NCBI GenBank assembly: GCA_007376385.1
Contig: VMGC01000001.1
Span: 256,001 to 320,000, forward strand
Length of the DNA stretch: 64,000 bases
From: Parcubacteria group bacterium Gr01-1014_8
GTDB lineage: Bacteria > Patescibacteriota > Minisyncoccia > Phycocordibacterales > UBA2100
Direction: 5' to 3'
The position numbers were made by a program, and so were the translations under genes. The stretch's first letter is position 1. Each line of letters opens with the position of its first letter. Positions 1 to 9,424 of the stretch are shown piece after piece. Under the pieces are notes generated by a model. The model made no database searches, had not been told where the DNA came from, and worked only from the letters and a program-made list of their open reading frames with translations.

Positions 1-2
1 AT

Positions 3-194
3 ACGGAAGACGACTGGGGAAGACTCCTTATGTCGGGGTTTGTACATCCTCGGGTTATGCAAAAAGACGGCTCGAACGTGATTATCACAAACGGACCTGA
101 CGTTTTGTCCTATGCGTGGGACAGTGTTGCGATGAAATTAGTGAATCCTCAAAGGATTGGAGAAGTACCGACAGGATGTCCTGCGCGTGAATAA
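3..194 (+). CDS. 3' end of an upstream gene (partial, start outside window); hypothetical protein
   Basis: Reading frame open from position 3 to TAA at 192-194 (…VIITNGPDVLSYAWDSVAMKLVNPQRIGEVPTGCPARE*); no recognisable family. Confidence 0.3.
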   Translation, partial: TEDDWGRLLMSGFVHPRVMQKDGSNVIITNGPDVLSYAWDSVAMKLVNPQRIGEVPTGCPARE

Positions 195-279
195 TAGATC
201 AGTTAGGTATCCTCCTCACGAGACGGTAATCAGTGTCCCTTTTCTGCCCAATACTTCGCTGATATAGTGTGCCTTCTTT

Positions 280-1173
280 ATGGTTAAAAAGATTGGCACA
301 TTTCGTGTTAAATCCGGCCTCGCGCAGATGCTAAAGGGCGGCGTCATTATGGATGTCGTGAATGCCGAACAGGCGAGAATCTCGGAAAAAGCAGGGGCGG
401 TTGCGGTGATGGCACTGGAGCGTGTTCCTGCGGACATTCGTGCCACAGGCGGCGTCGCGCGTATGTCGGACCCACGAATGATAAAAGAGATCCAAAAAGC
501 TGTGACAATCCCTGTGATGGCAAAATGCCGCATTGGGCACTTTGTTGAAGCGCAGATACTTGAGGCACTCGACGTCGACTACGTCGATGAAAGCGAAGTC
601 CTAACCCCCGCAGATGAACAATTTCATATTGATAAAACAAAATTCACAGCGCCATTCGTGTGTGGTGCGAAAGACTTGGGCCAGGCATTGCGGAGGATCT
701 CGGAGGGCGCGGCGATGATACGGACGAAGGGAGAAGCGGGGAGCGGAAATATCGTGGAAGCGGTGCGTCACATTCGTACTGTTCGGTCAGAGATCGACGA
801 AATTCAGAAACTTCACAAGAGCGGCAACACGAAAAAACTACGAGAGAAGGCGGCAGAATATCGAGTCGCATACGATCTTGTTGTACAAACGGCGAAACTT
901 GGACGATTACCTGTCGTGAATTTTGCTGCGGGCGGTATTGCGACACCTGCGGATGCAGCGCTTTGCATGCAGCTGGGCGTTGACGGCGTATTTGTCGGCT
1001 CAGGTATTTTCAAAAGTGCAGAGCCGAAAAAGCGTGCAAAAGCTATCGTGGATGCGGTCGCACATTTTAGAGATGCAAAAAAGATCGCGCAGGTAAGCGA
1101 AAATATGGGCGATGCAATGAAAGGACAGGAATTGTCGAAACTAGAAACTCGATACTCCCATAGGGGAATCTAG
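280..1173 (+). CDS. pdxS: Pyridoxal 5'-phosphate synthase lyase subunit PdxS
   Basis: 297 aa; [36 protein letters not shown] and [14 protein letters not shown] motifs typical of PdxS/SNZ family. Confidence 0.95.
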   Translation: MVKKIGTFRVKSGLAQMLKGGVIMDVVNAEQARISEKAGAVAVMALERVPADIRATGGVARMSDPRMIKEIQKAVTIPVMAKCRIGHFVEAQILEALDVDYVDESEVLTPADEQFHIDKTKFTAPFVCGAKDLGQALRRISEGAAMIRTKGEAGSGNIVEAVRHIRTVRSEIDEIQKLHKSGNTKKLREKAAEYRVAYDLVVQTAKLGRLPVVNFAAGGIATPADAALCMQLGVDGVFVGSGIFKSAEPKKRAKAIVDAVAHFRDAKKIAQVSENMGDAMKGQELSKLETRYSHRGI

Positions 1174-1174
1174 C

Positions 1175-1765
1175 ATGTTGCGAGTTGGTATCTTAGCATT
1201 TCATGGCGATGTCAGCGAGCACCTCCGTGCCTCAAAAGGGGCTGCTGAAAAGCTGAAACGAAAGATTATAGTATCTGAAGTGCGGACGAGATCAGATTTG
1301 AATGGATTGGATGCTCTTATTATCCCAGGAGGTGAAAGTACGACGCTTCAAAAACTCTGTGAGCGAGAAGGAATGTTTCCTGCGATGAAAAAAATCAAGA
1401 ATATATTTGGCACGTGCGCAGGTGCCATACTGCTCGCCAAAAAAGTAAGGAATAAAGCCACAAATCAGCGGACAATCGAATTGATGAATATTGAGGTCGA
1501 ACGAAATGCATACGGACGTCAGAACGAGTCATTCGAAAAAGAAATAGGAACGACGCTCGGAAAAATGGTCGCAACATTCATCCGCGCTCCGCACATTAAC
1601 AATGTAGGAAAAGGTGTCACTGTGCTTGCCAAAGATGGTGGCGAGATTCTTGCTTGCGAACAAAGGGTGGGCGACAAATACTACCTTGCGCTCTCATTTC
1701 ATCCCGAACTCACGACGACGAAATTCCACGAGTATTTTTTGAATCAAGTCGCAAGTGCGAGATAA
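1175..1765 (+). CDS. pdxT: Pyridoxal 5'-phosphate synthase glutaminase subunit PdxT
   Basis: 196 aa; class I glutamine amidotransferase, GILAFHGDV…IIPGGESTT…FGTCAG…FHPE; starts 1 nt after pdxS stop. Confidence 0.9.
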   Translation: MLRVGILAFHGDVSEHLRASKGAAEKLKRKIIVSEVRTRSDLNGLDALIIPGGESTTLQKLCEREGMFPAMKKIKNIFGTCAGAILLAKKVRNKATNQRTIELMNIEVERNAYGRQNESFEKEIGTTLGKMVATFIRAPHINNVGKGVTVLAKDGGEILACEQRVGDKYYLALSFHPELTTTKFHEYFLNQVASAR

Positions 1766-1774
1766 AATGAGTAC

Positions 1775-2362
1775 ATGGACTGGAATACATTCCTTATCGT
1801 TGTAGGAGTCAGTGTCTTCGCGGTGTATCCCGGCTTTGAATTTTTCCAGTATCTTGCGATCCGCAGAGGCCAAATACCGCGGCGAGGTGAGGTGGAGTGG
1901 AAGGGAAGATCATTCTTTCACTGGGATCGATACAAAACACTTTTGTTTGGCGACTTACTATTTGCCTCTCTCTTTAACGGATTTGCCATCTGCCTGTTTT
2001 CTTTGGAACGAAATCATCTCGGCACACTCTATTTTGTGGCAGCAGCTCTGATCGCGCTCGTCATCACGGGAGCATGGTTCGCGCAGGCCAAACGGCGTTT
2101 TGAAACCGGTGACATGCGAACTCTGCGATGGGACTGGGCATTTACAGCTTCCAACGGCCGTCCTCCGATCAGCGGTTTGTACCACCTCGTCTATTTTGCC
2201 TTTGAAGCGTTTCTTGTCTCCTTCACCCTGCTAATGTTGATTTCAGTACCTATCGAACGCTTCATACTGCTCGGCCTCATATGTTCTTCTGCAGGGTATA
2301 TCGCAACGCTTCTGTATGATATGTACGATATCGGCATGTTTCTCGGTCCCCGCACAGGCTGA
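1775..2362 (+). CDS. Hypothetical integral membrane protein
   Basis: 195 aa with several hydrophobic helices (LIVVGVSVFAVYPGF, LIALVITGAWF, LVSFTLLMLISVPI); no recognisable family. Confidence 0.5.
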   Translation: MDWNTFLIVVGVSVFAVYPGFEFFQYLAIRRGQIPRRGEVEWKGRSFFHWDRYKTLLFGDLLFASLFNGFAICLFSLERNHLGTLYFVAAALIALVITGAWFAQAKRRFETGDMRTLRWDWAFTASNGRPPISGLYHLVYFAFEAFLVSFTLLMLISVPIERFILLGLICSSAGYIATLLYDMYDIGMFLGPRTG

Positions 2363-2364
2363 AC

Positions 2365-5082
2365 TCAAAAGAGTAGGTTGTAGAAGAATGAACCAAGCTT
2401 TTTGAAGAAACCAAACACCTTTGATCCGAGCCCGGATGTTTCGACATTCCCTGCTGCTGCAACTTGAGCAGTATTGGATGGTGGAGGAAGAACGGCAAGG
2501 GGCGGGGGAACGGGCAACGTACTCGTTGCCATCTTTTGTTTCGGAGCATCCTTTTTGATTGTCGCTTTTTCGACGGTCGCTTTCTTTTCTACAACTGGTG
2601 GCATCAGTATGATCTCGGGTATTGCTTGCGGTGAGCTTGTCGAAACCGTTGATGTCGAAATGCCAAGCACGAGGGGCGTAGTCGATGCTTGCGAGTTCGT
2701 TGGGGGTGTTGAAGTTGCCGCAGACGTTGTAGAAGTCGTGGTTTGTCCTCCGCTTGCTTGAGTTGAACCCGAACCCGAAAGGGCTGAACTGGTACTTGGT
2801 TTTGTGAAATCCTGCAAGACGGAATCCCACGTTCTTCCAAGTGCCGCGGGAATCGCATACTCGGTGCTCCAGAGGCGTTGGTGAGGATCTGTGCTCATTG
2901 TTTCCAATCCTCCGTCAGTCTGTTGAAGAGACGCGAGATAATCCTCTGGCGTTTTTCCGTTGATAGTCCACGACGACATTGAGTCTCCCAATGCCGCAAT
3001 TGCTTGCAACGCCCAGCTTGTTGACTGGCCATTTTCAAACCCGCCACTTGTCTGTTGTTTTGAGTGCAGATACGTCCGTGCTCTTTCAAGGGCCTGAGCC
3101 ACGCCATCCAACGACGATACTTGTACGAGAGCCTGCATTGCTGCAGCGGTGAGGTCCACGCTTCCTTCCCACGAACCATCTGCGCGCTGCTTTGAAAGTA
3201 CGAATGCTGTCGTTTGCTGTATCGTTGCATCTCCTGCGCCGTACCCTGCACTTCGGAGGGGGAAGAGCGCGAAGATGTCATCGTTCACGAGAGAGATGTC
3301 ACCGAACTGTGTTCCGTCAAAGTATGTAAGAATTTTCTGAATGTAGTCAATCGACGCGCCTCTGTATGGGTTTACACCAAGTGCCATGAGCGCCATTGCG
3401 CGACGTTCATAATCGGTGACACTCGAGAGCCCTGTGGAATTAGTGCCCAGATATTGTCTTAAGATGTCTTTTGCGTTTTGCGAGGCGTTTCCCGCCATAA
3501 ATGCGATTGCTGCCCAATCAGAGAGGATGCTTGTCGAAAAAGATCCGCCTTCATTCTGCACCGCGACGAGAAATGCGAGCGCGCTTCCAACATTCACCTC
3601 CGCAGATGTTGGTGTGCCGGGGCCGCCTCCGCCAGGGGACTCGTCTGTCGAACCACCTCCGCTACTCGGCGGCGCGGCTGCTTCCGTAACAGCGAGCGCA
3701 GTGCTGGGGAAATAAAAATCTTCTTGTATTCCAACTGCGTAATTTCCGGCTATGCTCAGCGAGAACGTGGCTTGCCCGGATGCGTTCACCGACGACGTTG
3801 CTATCTCAAGCGGCGTGAATGGGTCATCGGGATTCGTTTCTGTAATACCTATCGTGTAGCTTTCTTCTACGGGCGCATATGAATTGCTCAAAGGGACGTA
3901 TCGCTCTGCAGTTGCAGTGAATGATTCATTGACCGCGACTTCATTGTCGCTGAGCGAGACACGGCGCGGATAGCCGAAGAAAAAGAAAACTTGTTCGCCG
4001 CCCGAAAGCGTGTACGAATCTGCTCCGACGCCGGGCGTGGAGCCGTTCACTGCATACTGCCAGTTGTCGCAAGCCTCTGCGGCAAGTGTGATGCAGCGAA
4101 TATAAAAGGAACCGTATGAATCGAAGTATTGAAGGTCCGAGATCGAGAATTTTTCGGACGCCTGGTCCGCATTCCAAAGCGCCGTGAGGGCGCTTGATCC
4201 CGAAACATCGTGGCTTGTGCCGAGCGTTGTTTGGATCGTGGTCGTGCCGGGCGCTATCGTCGTCACGCCTTGGTACGCGAGGTCATCGCCGTTTCTGATG
4301 CGCACGATCACCTCGCTCTCGGCAAGTTCGCGTACAACAAGTGGCGTTGTGGATGCATAGAAGTCTTCCGCAAGCCCGATGTTGTAGGTGTCGGCACTAT
4401 CCAGTTTGATGCTCGCGATGCCACTCTCATCGCTCGTTGCCGTTTTCACAACAGTGGGATTCCATGGCTCAGCACTGTTCGGAAGTGTTGCGCCGACAGT
4501 GGAGCCGGAAAGAGGATGCCAAGAGCCGTCGGTGTAATCATATTCTTCGACAGATACATGAACGGGAATCGTTGGAACGGTTTCTTCCGGCGCGACGGAA
4601 AATCTGCGCGGCGTACCGAAGTATAGGAATACGGTATCACCGTCCTGCAATAGGTAGTCGTCGGTACCGACTTGTGGATACGTGTCGTTCACAACGTACT
4701 GCCAGTTATGGCACTGCGGCTCTGCGGACACCGCAGGAGCCGTGATGCAATTAATGAGGAACGAGTCGAAGGAACTGAAATATGCGATGTCTGAGATAGC
4801 GAACTCATTCTCGGCGGCATCTGTAGCAACGAGAGCTGAAAGCAAACTTCGGGCCGGAGCAGAAACTGCGTCTCCTGATGTTGAAGAGATTGTTGTCGTT
4901 GCGTCAGAAAGGGGAAACGATGCCTCGCCAGTCCACACAATAGTGGTGCCATGACGGATCGTAATGGTTGCTTTTCCTGTTTCTGGTTCGGCCAGCGCTT
5001 CTTGTGCAATGCCGAATCCCATAGGAGAAAGGAGAGAAACCGTCACGAACCCTGCAATTATTTTTCGAATCATGAAAATCAT
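2365..5082 (-). CDS. Large secreted cell-surface protein with two DUF4430 beta-domains plus a prenyltransferase/squalene-cyclase-like alpha/alpha toroid domain (transcobalamin-like architecture), S/T/P-rich C-terminal linker and C-terminal hydrophobic tail
   Basis: ORF 2365..5184, start trimmed to the Met before a signal peptide (MIFMIRKIIAGFVTVSLLSPMGFGIAQEALA). Two DUF4430-like repeats (…CHNWQYVVNDTYPQVGTDDYLLQDGDTVFLYFG… and …CDNWQYAVNGSTPGVGADSYTLSGGEQVFFFFG…). Alpha/alpha-toroid repeats (GGSFSTS…DWAAIAFMAG…ADGSWEGSVDLTAAAMQAL…SGGFENGQSTSWALQAIAALG). C-terminus STTSAATSTPPTNSQASTTP…PVPPPLAVLPPP then hydrophobic tail. Confidence 0.7.
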   Translation of the reverse strand: MIFMIRKIIAGFVTVSLLSPMGFGIAQEALAEPETGKATITIRHGTTIVWTGEASFPLSDATTTISSTSGDAVSAPARSLLSALVATDAAENEFAISDIAYFSSFDSFLINCITAPAVSAEPQCHNWQYVVNDTYPQVGTDDYLLQDGDTVFLYFGTPRRFSVAPEETVPTIPVHVSVEEYDYTDGSWHPLSGSTVGATLPNSAEPWNPTVVKTATSDESGIASIKLDSADTYNIGLAEDFYASTTPLVVRELAESEVIVRIRNGDDLAYQGVTTIAPGTTTIQTTLGTSHDVSGSSALTALWNADQASEKFSISDLQYFDSYGSFYIRCITLAAEACDNWQYAVNGSTPGVGADSYTLSGGEQVFFFFGYPRRVSLSDNEVAVNESFTATAERYVPLSNSYAPVEESYTIGITETNPDDPFTPLEIATSSVNASGQATFSLSIAGNYAVGIQEDFYFPSTALAVTEAAAPPSSGGGSTDESPGGGGPGTPTSAEVNVGSALAFLVAVQNEGGSFSTSILSDWAAIAFMAGNASQNAKDILRQYLGTNSTGLSSVTDYERRAMALMALGVNPYRGASIDYIQKILTYFDGTQFGDISLVNDDIFALFPLRSAGYGAGDATIQQTTAFVLSKQRADGSWEGSVDLTAAAMQALVQVSSLDGVAQALERARTYLHSKQQTSGGFENGQSTSWALQAIAALGDSMSSWTINGKTPEDYLASLQQTDGGLETMSTDPHQRLWSTEYAIPAALGRTWDSVLQDFTKPSTSSALSGSGSTQASGGQTTTSTTSAATSTPPTNSQASTTPLVLGISTSTVSTSSPQAIPEIILMPPVVEKKATVEKATIKKDAPKQKMATSTLPVPPPLAVLPPPSNTAQVAAAGNVETSGLGSKVFGFFKKLGSFFYNLLF

Positions 5083-5098
5083 GTAATCTAGTAAATTA

Positions 5099-5644
5099 TT
5101 AATACCCCTTCTTGTATCTCCACTCGATTGAATCTCCCGAAGAAACTTTCGCCGTCGACGCCCCTGTATTTGCAGTTTTTCCATTTACGTAAAGAATCCA
5201 GTAATACCCGTTGTCGCTCCGTAGTCCGTTAATTTCTTCTACCATCACGCCGAGACCGGGGAACTCTTTCGTCTTGAATTCGAAATGTGACTTTTTCGCA
5301 AATTCTTCCATTGCTGCGAGCACTGTTCCTGATTCTTTTGCAGCGAATGTGTAGGACGTTTGGTCGTGTTGCGGGTCGGCAACAGTCGTTGCGGTCTCGA
5401 TTTTTTCAGGAGTTGAAGTAGGACGTACCTTGCTCGAACTCGTTTCGGCCATATCAACCTCGTAGGTCGAAATAGTCGTGGTTGCTGGATTGGGGATGTT
5501 TCTGGTGTCCGAGGTCGAACCTAGAGCATTGGAGTCCGATTTCGGGGAATAAATCGTATACGTCGTTGAGCCTGCGCCAAACGCAGTAAGAACCGTCACG
5601 ATCATCGCTACGAGTATTCCGGCGCTTAGATACATTTTTTTCAT
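5099..5644 (-). CDS. Small secreted DUF4430-domain protein
   Basis: Start set at MKKMYLSAGILVAMIVTVLTAFG (signal/anchor). C-terminal domain …FEFKTKEFPGLGVMVEEINGLRSDNGYYWILYVNGKTANTGASTAKVSSGDSIEWRYKKGY matches the DUF4430 / transcobalamin beta-domain pattern. Immediately upstream of the large DUF4430 surface protein on the same strand. Confidence 0.7.
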   Translation of the reverse strand: MKKMYLSAGILVAMIVTVLTAFGAGSTTYTIYSPKSDSNALGSTSDTRNIPNPATTTISTYEVDMAETSSSKVRPTSTPEKIETATTVADPQHDQTSYTFAAKESGTVLAAMEEFAKKSHFEFKTKEFPGLGVMVEEINGLRSDNGYYWILYVNGKTANTGASTAKVSSGDSIEWRYKKGY

Positions 5645-5668
5645 ATAAAAAAATCCGCGCCGAGCGGA
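5645..5668 (-). terminator. Candidate rho-independent terminator (GC stem tccgc/gcgga, 5-nt loop, followed on the minus strand by a 7-8 U tract)
   Basis: Plus strand aaaaaaa-tccgc-gccga-gcgga; the stem is short, so this is weak to moderate. Confidence 0.35.
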
Positions 5669-6105
5669 GAAGGTGAGTAACATTGGTGTATGCACCAACT
5701 TCCTGCTCGGGATATGAGCGTGTCCGCAAACCTCATTCCCGCTGCGCTGCACTCAATCGGGCTACAACTCGTGTCTCGGACTCAATGTGCCACCGGCACA
5801 CTTCGTCCTCCGACACTTCGTCTCGCCTCGATTGCGTGCCGCTCGCTTCAGGAAGCAGGTTTTCGGACCCACTCTTCAGTTGTTTGACGACCGGACTCGT
5901 TTCGCCAAACTGGCGAACATTACCGTTGCGGCACAGTGCGGGGATGTAACCCGACTTCCACAAACAACTGTAGAAAGGAGTGTACTCCAATGCGTGAACA
6001 GTGCAATGTGGATAAATCGCCCTGCAACGCACTTTGATTCTCGTCAATCAGGTTATTGATACAGCCATGAACGAGAGAGACCATTCATCGGCTAGGCTAT
6101 CGACT
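5669..6105. other. ~440-bp region with no convincing CDS between two minus-strand genes; candidate non-coding RNA locus of unknown class
   Basis: Only short Arg/Cys-rich ORFs on both strands. A terminator-like hairpin sits at its minus-strand 3' end. Region is GC-rich with many short complementary segments. Confidence 0.25.
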
Positions 6106-6348
6106 TTAACGATGCTGCTTATTATTTCTTTTGAAGTGCCATATACCGTATCCAACCATTGGGACGCTGCTGAGTATAAAAAACCAACCTCCGATGAAAC
6201 CTGCCAGTGAAGGTACGAAGTGCAACATGACAATGCCGGCGCCACAGAGGGCGGCTCCTGTGCGGACATATGCAAGAAGCGTGCGTTCATTTGCAAGGCG
6301 TGTCCGCTCCGTTGCCAGGTCATCGCGCACGGTATGCGTCTTCGTCAT
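6106..6348 (-). CDS. DUF202 (YidH-like) small membrane protein
   Basis: Start trimmed to MTKTHTV; RDDLATERTRLANERTLLAYVRTGAALCGAGIVM followed by a second TM helix, the signature of DUF202. Confidence 0.6.
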   Translation of the reverse strand: MTKTHTVRDDLATERTRLANERTLLAYVRTGAALCGAGIVMLHFVPSLAGFIGGWFFILSSVPMVGYGIWHFKRNNKQHR

Positions 6349-6379
6349 GAACGCATGATGCCTCACATCGTGTCTTCTT

Positions 6380-7210
6380 TCAACGTGACTTGTGCACCAG
6401 AGCATTCAGACGTGCCTGGGCGTCGGTTATCTTCCGAAAAGCATCATGGCTTTCGTGGTGGGAGTGGGTTTGCCAGATAGGTATCAACTCATTTAGTGTG
6501 GCAAGCATACCGGCAAGTTCAGCTTTACTTTCTTCGTGTTCAAGCCAGGAGATATCCGCATCGTTCATGATGTTCAACATACGGTTTATACGCGCAGTTG
6601 TGCGCTGGACGGCATCGAGAAGGAGTACTTCTCTGCCAGGGTCGATAACATACAGATCACTTATGACGTCGTAGAAATTCGGTATTTCTTTGAGAAGGCT
6701 TGAGATCTGTTGGTACGCGATGGTGAGCCTTTCCCACTCAGCGTCCGTGAGCGCATTGTTGTTCTCAACAAGTTGAATGACGTGATCAAAATCCTTGCGT
6801 GCAACATAAAAATCTTCTCGAATACTCCGGAACGTTAGTTCAAATGATAGCTGATGGACTTCTTTTATTGACTTGTCTTGCCGGTAAGATACGAGTTTTG
6901 CGATGAAGAGAGCGAAAAGAAACAGCTCAGTGACGCTTTGCAGAGCAGCAAAAAATCGTGAATATCCTAGAGGGACGATATCGCCGTACCCCGTGTTTGT
7001 TGCTGTTATGACACTGTAGTAAAGGCTATTGAGCATCCGGCCGAGGAAGGGAAGTTCACTTAGCCCGCTCGGTCCATTTCCTGGTACGTAACTCAAGGCG
7101 ATGTAGATAGCAGCATATATAAGTACGCTTGAGACCCAGAACAGGAAAATCACACTGTACGACAACTCGTTCACTCTATCGATGAATGTCAGTCTGTTTT
7201 TTGTTTCCAT
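6380..7210 (-). CDS. Potassium channel protein (two-TM pore domain plus cytoplasmic domain)
   Basis: K+ selectivity filter TNTGYGDIVP between two TM helices; 276 aa. Confidence 0.8.
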   Translation of the reverse strand: METKNRLTFIDRVNELSYSVIFLFWVSSVLIYAAIYIALSYVPGNGPSGLSELPFLGRMLNSLYYSVITATNTGYGDIVPLGYSRFFAALQSVTELFLFALFIAKLVSYRQDKSIKEVHQLSFELTFRSIREDFYVARKDFDHVIQLVENNNALTDAEWERLTIAYQQISSLLKEIPNFYDVISDLYVIDPGREVLLLDAVQRTTARINRMLNIMNDADISWLEHEESKAELAGMLATLNELIPIWQTHSHHESHDAFRKITDAQARLNALVHKSR

Positions 7211-7240
7211 ACCGCTGGGCTATCGGGGGGCATTAAAGCA

Positions 7241-8563
7241 CTAAAATGTAGCATTTTCTAGAAATTCTATTCGTTCTTTCATTGTTGGATGAGTGCCGAA
7301 CCACCACTGTAAGAATCTTGGCGGGTCGGGATCAACAAAACTTTGGTACGTCATTTTCCTGAATGATGTGATAGCGGGCTTAGTCGCATGCGTTAATTCG
7401 AAACCGAACACATCTGCTTTATGCTCGATGTCGCGGCTGATAGCGGAATCGATAGGGGCAGCAAGCAGCGACATGGTCGAGAGAATAACGCCAAGGAACG
7501 GGTAGAGCACGATGTCGTTGACACGCGTGGAGCCAATGCGTTTACCCCATTTTTTCAGCACGTACCAAAGAATGAGTGCGAGGAGTCCTAACGATATGAA
7601 TGTCTCGATAGCATACTGCACGATACCTCTCCACATGTCGTGTTTTACATAGTGGCCAAGTTCATGTCCAAGGATTGCCAGGATTTCGTCGTCTGTGTAA
7701 TACGTGAGCAATGTGTCATCGAGTACGACGCGTTTCGTGCTCCACAATCCCGTCATGTATGCGTTGCTCTCGAGTGTGCGAGTACTTGCGTCCTCGACAA
7801 AGACGCGGTCGACAGATATTCCGGCAGAATCGGCGAGCGTAATTATCTTTTCCTTAAGAACGCTATCTTCAAGCGGGACATTTCTGCTGAAGAGCGGGTC
7901 TATCACGACGGGAGCGATGTACCCGGTGAAAATGCTAAACAAGGTTAGAAATGCCGCACCGAGTGCCCACCAGGCTCTTGGATATTTATCCATTATCCAG
8001 TAGAGAGGTATGAATGTCGCGATCGCGAATACGAATTCGAGAAAGAGGTTCAACACGAGATCCTCGACTGCGAGAAGGGGCGTTATGTTTGAAGTTCCTC
8101 GCAGAAGCTCAATGTAATAATCGGATACATACGTTGGGAGCGCGATGAACGTTGATAGCAGAACCATTCCTAATAGATAATAGGAACGTTGTGCATGCAC
8201 GTTTCTATAGAGGCGTTTAGCAAGATTCGCGAGTGCGCTGCTTACGCCCCCAAAAATGATCAACCACGCGATGAAAAACGAGAACAAGATACCGACGACA
8301 AGACTCACCTCATAGAATGCACTCTCGAATCGCGCGACTTTTGTCCACTCGCCGTTTTCAAGGTCAATAGATTCAACAGGAGGAAGTACGTTGTCTCGAA
8401 GGTCTTTTTCATGAGAGAGAAAGGCCTCCTTTAAGGGGCCAGTCGCAAAATAATGGTACGCAGCGAATGATGCCGACTCTACTATCGCGCTGATGACAAG
8501 AAGCAGCACTATTTTTTTAAGAATACTCATGAGAATAGCGGCTCCCTCTTTTTTGATATACAT
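7241..8563 (-). CDS. M48 family zinc metallopeptidase (Ste24/HtpX-like)
   Basis: HELGHYVKHD zinc-binding HExxH motif embedded in a multi-TM protein; 440 aa; an alternative start at MSILKK is possible. Confidence 0.85.
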   Translation of the reverse strand: MYIKKEGAAILMSILKKIVLLLVISAIVESASFAAYHYFATGPLKEAFLSHEKDLRDNVLPPVESIDLENGEWTKVARFESAFYEVSLVVGILFSFFIAWLIIFGGVSSALANLAKRLYRNVHAQRSYYLLGMVLLSTFIALPTYVSDYYIELLRGTSNITPLLAVEDLVLNLFLEFVFAIATFIPLYWIMDKYPRAWWALGAAFLTLFSIFTGYIAPVVIDPLFSRNVPLEDSVLKEKIITLADSAGISVDRVFVEDASTRTLESNAYMTGLWSTKRVVLDDTLLTYYTDDEILAILGHELGHYVKHDMWRGIVQYAIETFISLGLLALILWYVLKKWGKRIGSTRVNDIVLYPFLGVILSTMSLLAAPIDSAISRDIEHKADVFGFELTHATKPAITSFRKMTYQSFVDPDPPRFLQWWFGTHPTMKERIEFLENATF

Positions 8564-8571
8564 TCTAACCT

Positions 8572-9318
8572 ATGATAGGGCTCTTTGATTCCGGTTCGGG
8601 CGGGCTCACAGTACTGGATGCACTTCGAAAAAAGGCGCCGAATGCAGATATTGTGTATTTCGGCGACATCAAGAATGCGCCCTACGGGACGCGGTCCAAG
8701 GAAGAGCTTGCGTCGCTAACAACTGCGGGCATTCGGATGCTGCAGAATTTTGGCACAGACGAACTCATCAGTGCCTGCAACAGTGCTGCTCTTTCCGTAC
8801 TCTTGGGCGCGGCGGGGCACGCGCGCATAATAGATATGACGCGCCCGACAGCGCGAGCAATGAGACAATATGCGGGAAAACGCGTACTGCTTCTTGCGAC
8901 CCCGGCAACAATCATTTCTCGTCTGTACTCAGACGCTCTTGAGACAATAGTGCTTTTGGATCCGCTCCCCATCGCAGAGCTCGCTGCCGCTATCGAATTC
9001 GGCGCTTCGAGATCCACGATACGAGACATTGTGAGAAGTTCTTTTCGAGAACGGAAAGGGAGGCAGTACGACCTGGTTCTTCTCGGGTGCACGCACTATC
9101 CACTCGCGCGCGACATTATTGAGAGAGAAGCGGAGAAGATGTTTGGAAAGGTAGAATACATAGATCCAGCAGAAGCAGTTGCTGAGGAGGCTGCGCAACG
9201 ATTTCACACGGAAGGTCGTGGAAAACTTGCGTTCAAAATCTCAAAGGACTCTGATCATTTTAGGAAGCGTGTCGCCGAACTTTGGCCGGACGCCAAATAC
9301 ACTATTCAAATAACATGA
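8572..9318 (+). CDS. murI: Glutamate racemase
   Basis: MIGLFDSGSGGLTVLDALRKKAPNADIVYFGDIKNAPYGTRS… and LLGCTHYP motifs. Confidence 0.9.
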   Translation: MIGLFDSGSGGLTVLDALRKKAPNADIVYFGDIKNAPYGTRSKEELASLTTAGIRMLQNFGTDELISACNSAALSVLLGAAGHARIIDMTRPTARAMRQYAGKRVLLLATPATIISRLYSDALETIVLLDPLPIAELAAAIEFGASRSTIRDIVRSSFRERKGRQYDLVLLGCTHYPLARDIIEREAEKMFGKVEYIDPAEAVAEEAAQRFHTEGRGKLAFKISKDSDHFRKRVAELWPDAKYTIQIT

Positions 9319-9424
9319 TTGCCCTGTCGCAGCCAGGGTGCCCGTGATTTAATGTGAGTACTTATGATTCGGACCGTTTCTTTTCGAGCGGACATTTTGA
9401 TTTTTCGGGACGCCCTTCTCTCAT

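Noticed and set aside
2243-2830. 195-aa minus-strand ORF overlapping the 3' end of the large surface-protein gene and the end of the upstream membrane-protein gene
   Set aside because: Alternative frame over the Ser/Thr/Pro-rich coding region; low-complexity Cys/Arg/Ser translation.
5733-6047. 104-aa minus-strand ORF (and overlapping plus-strand ORFs 5683..5949, 5787..6059) in the same gap
   Set aside because: Mutually overlapping ORFs on both strands with Arg/Cys/His-rich composition and no start-site signals. Typical of GC-rich non-coding sequence.
5669-6105. RNase P RNA (type A) in the non-coding gap
   Set aside because: A CR-I-like GAAACGAGUCCGG segment is present, but the only CR-II-like segment lies 5' of it (wrong order). 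No P4 partner strand or other universally conserved blocks could be found by eye. Left as an unclassified ncRNA candidate.
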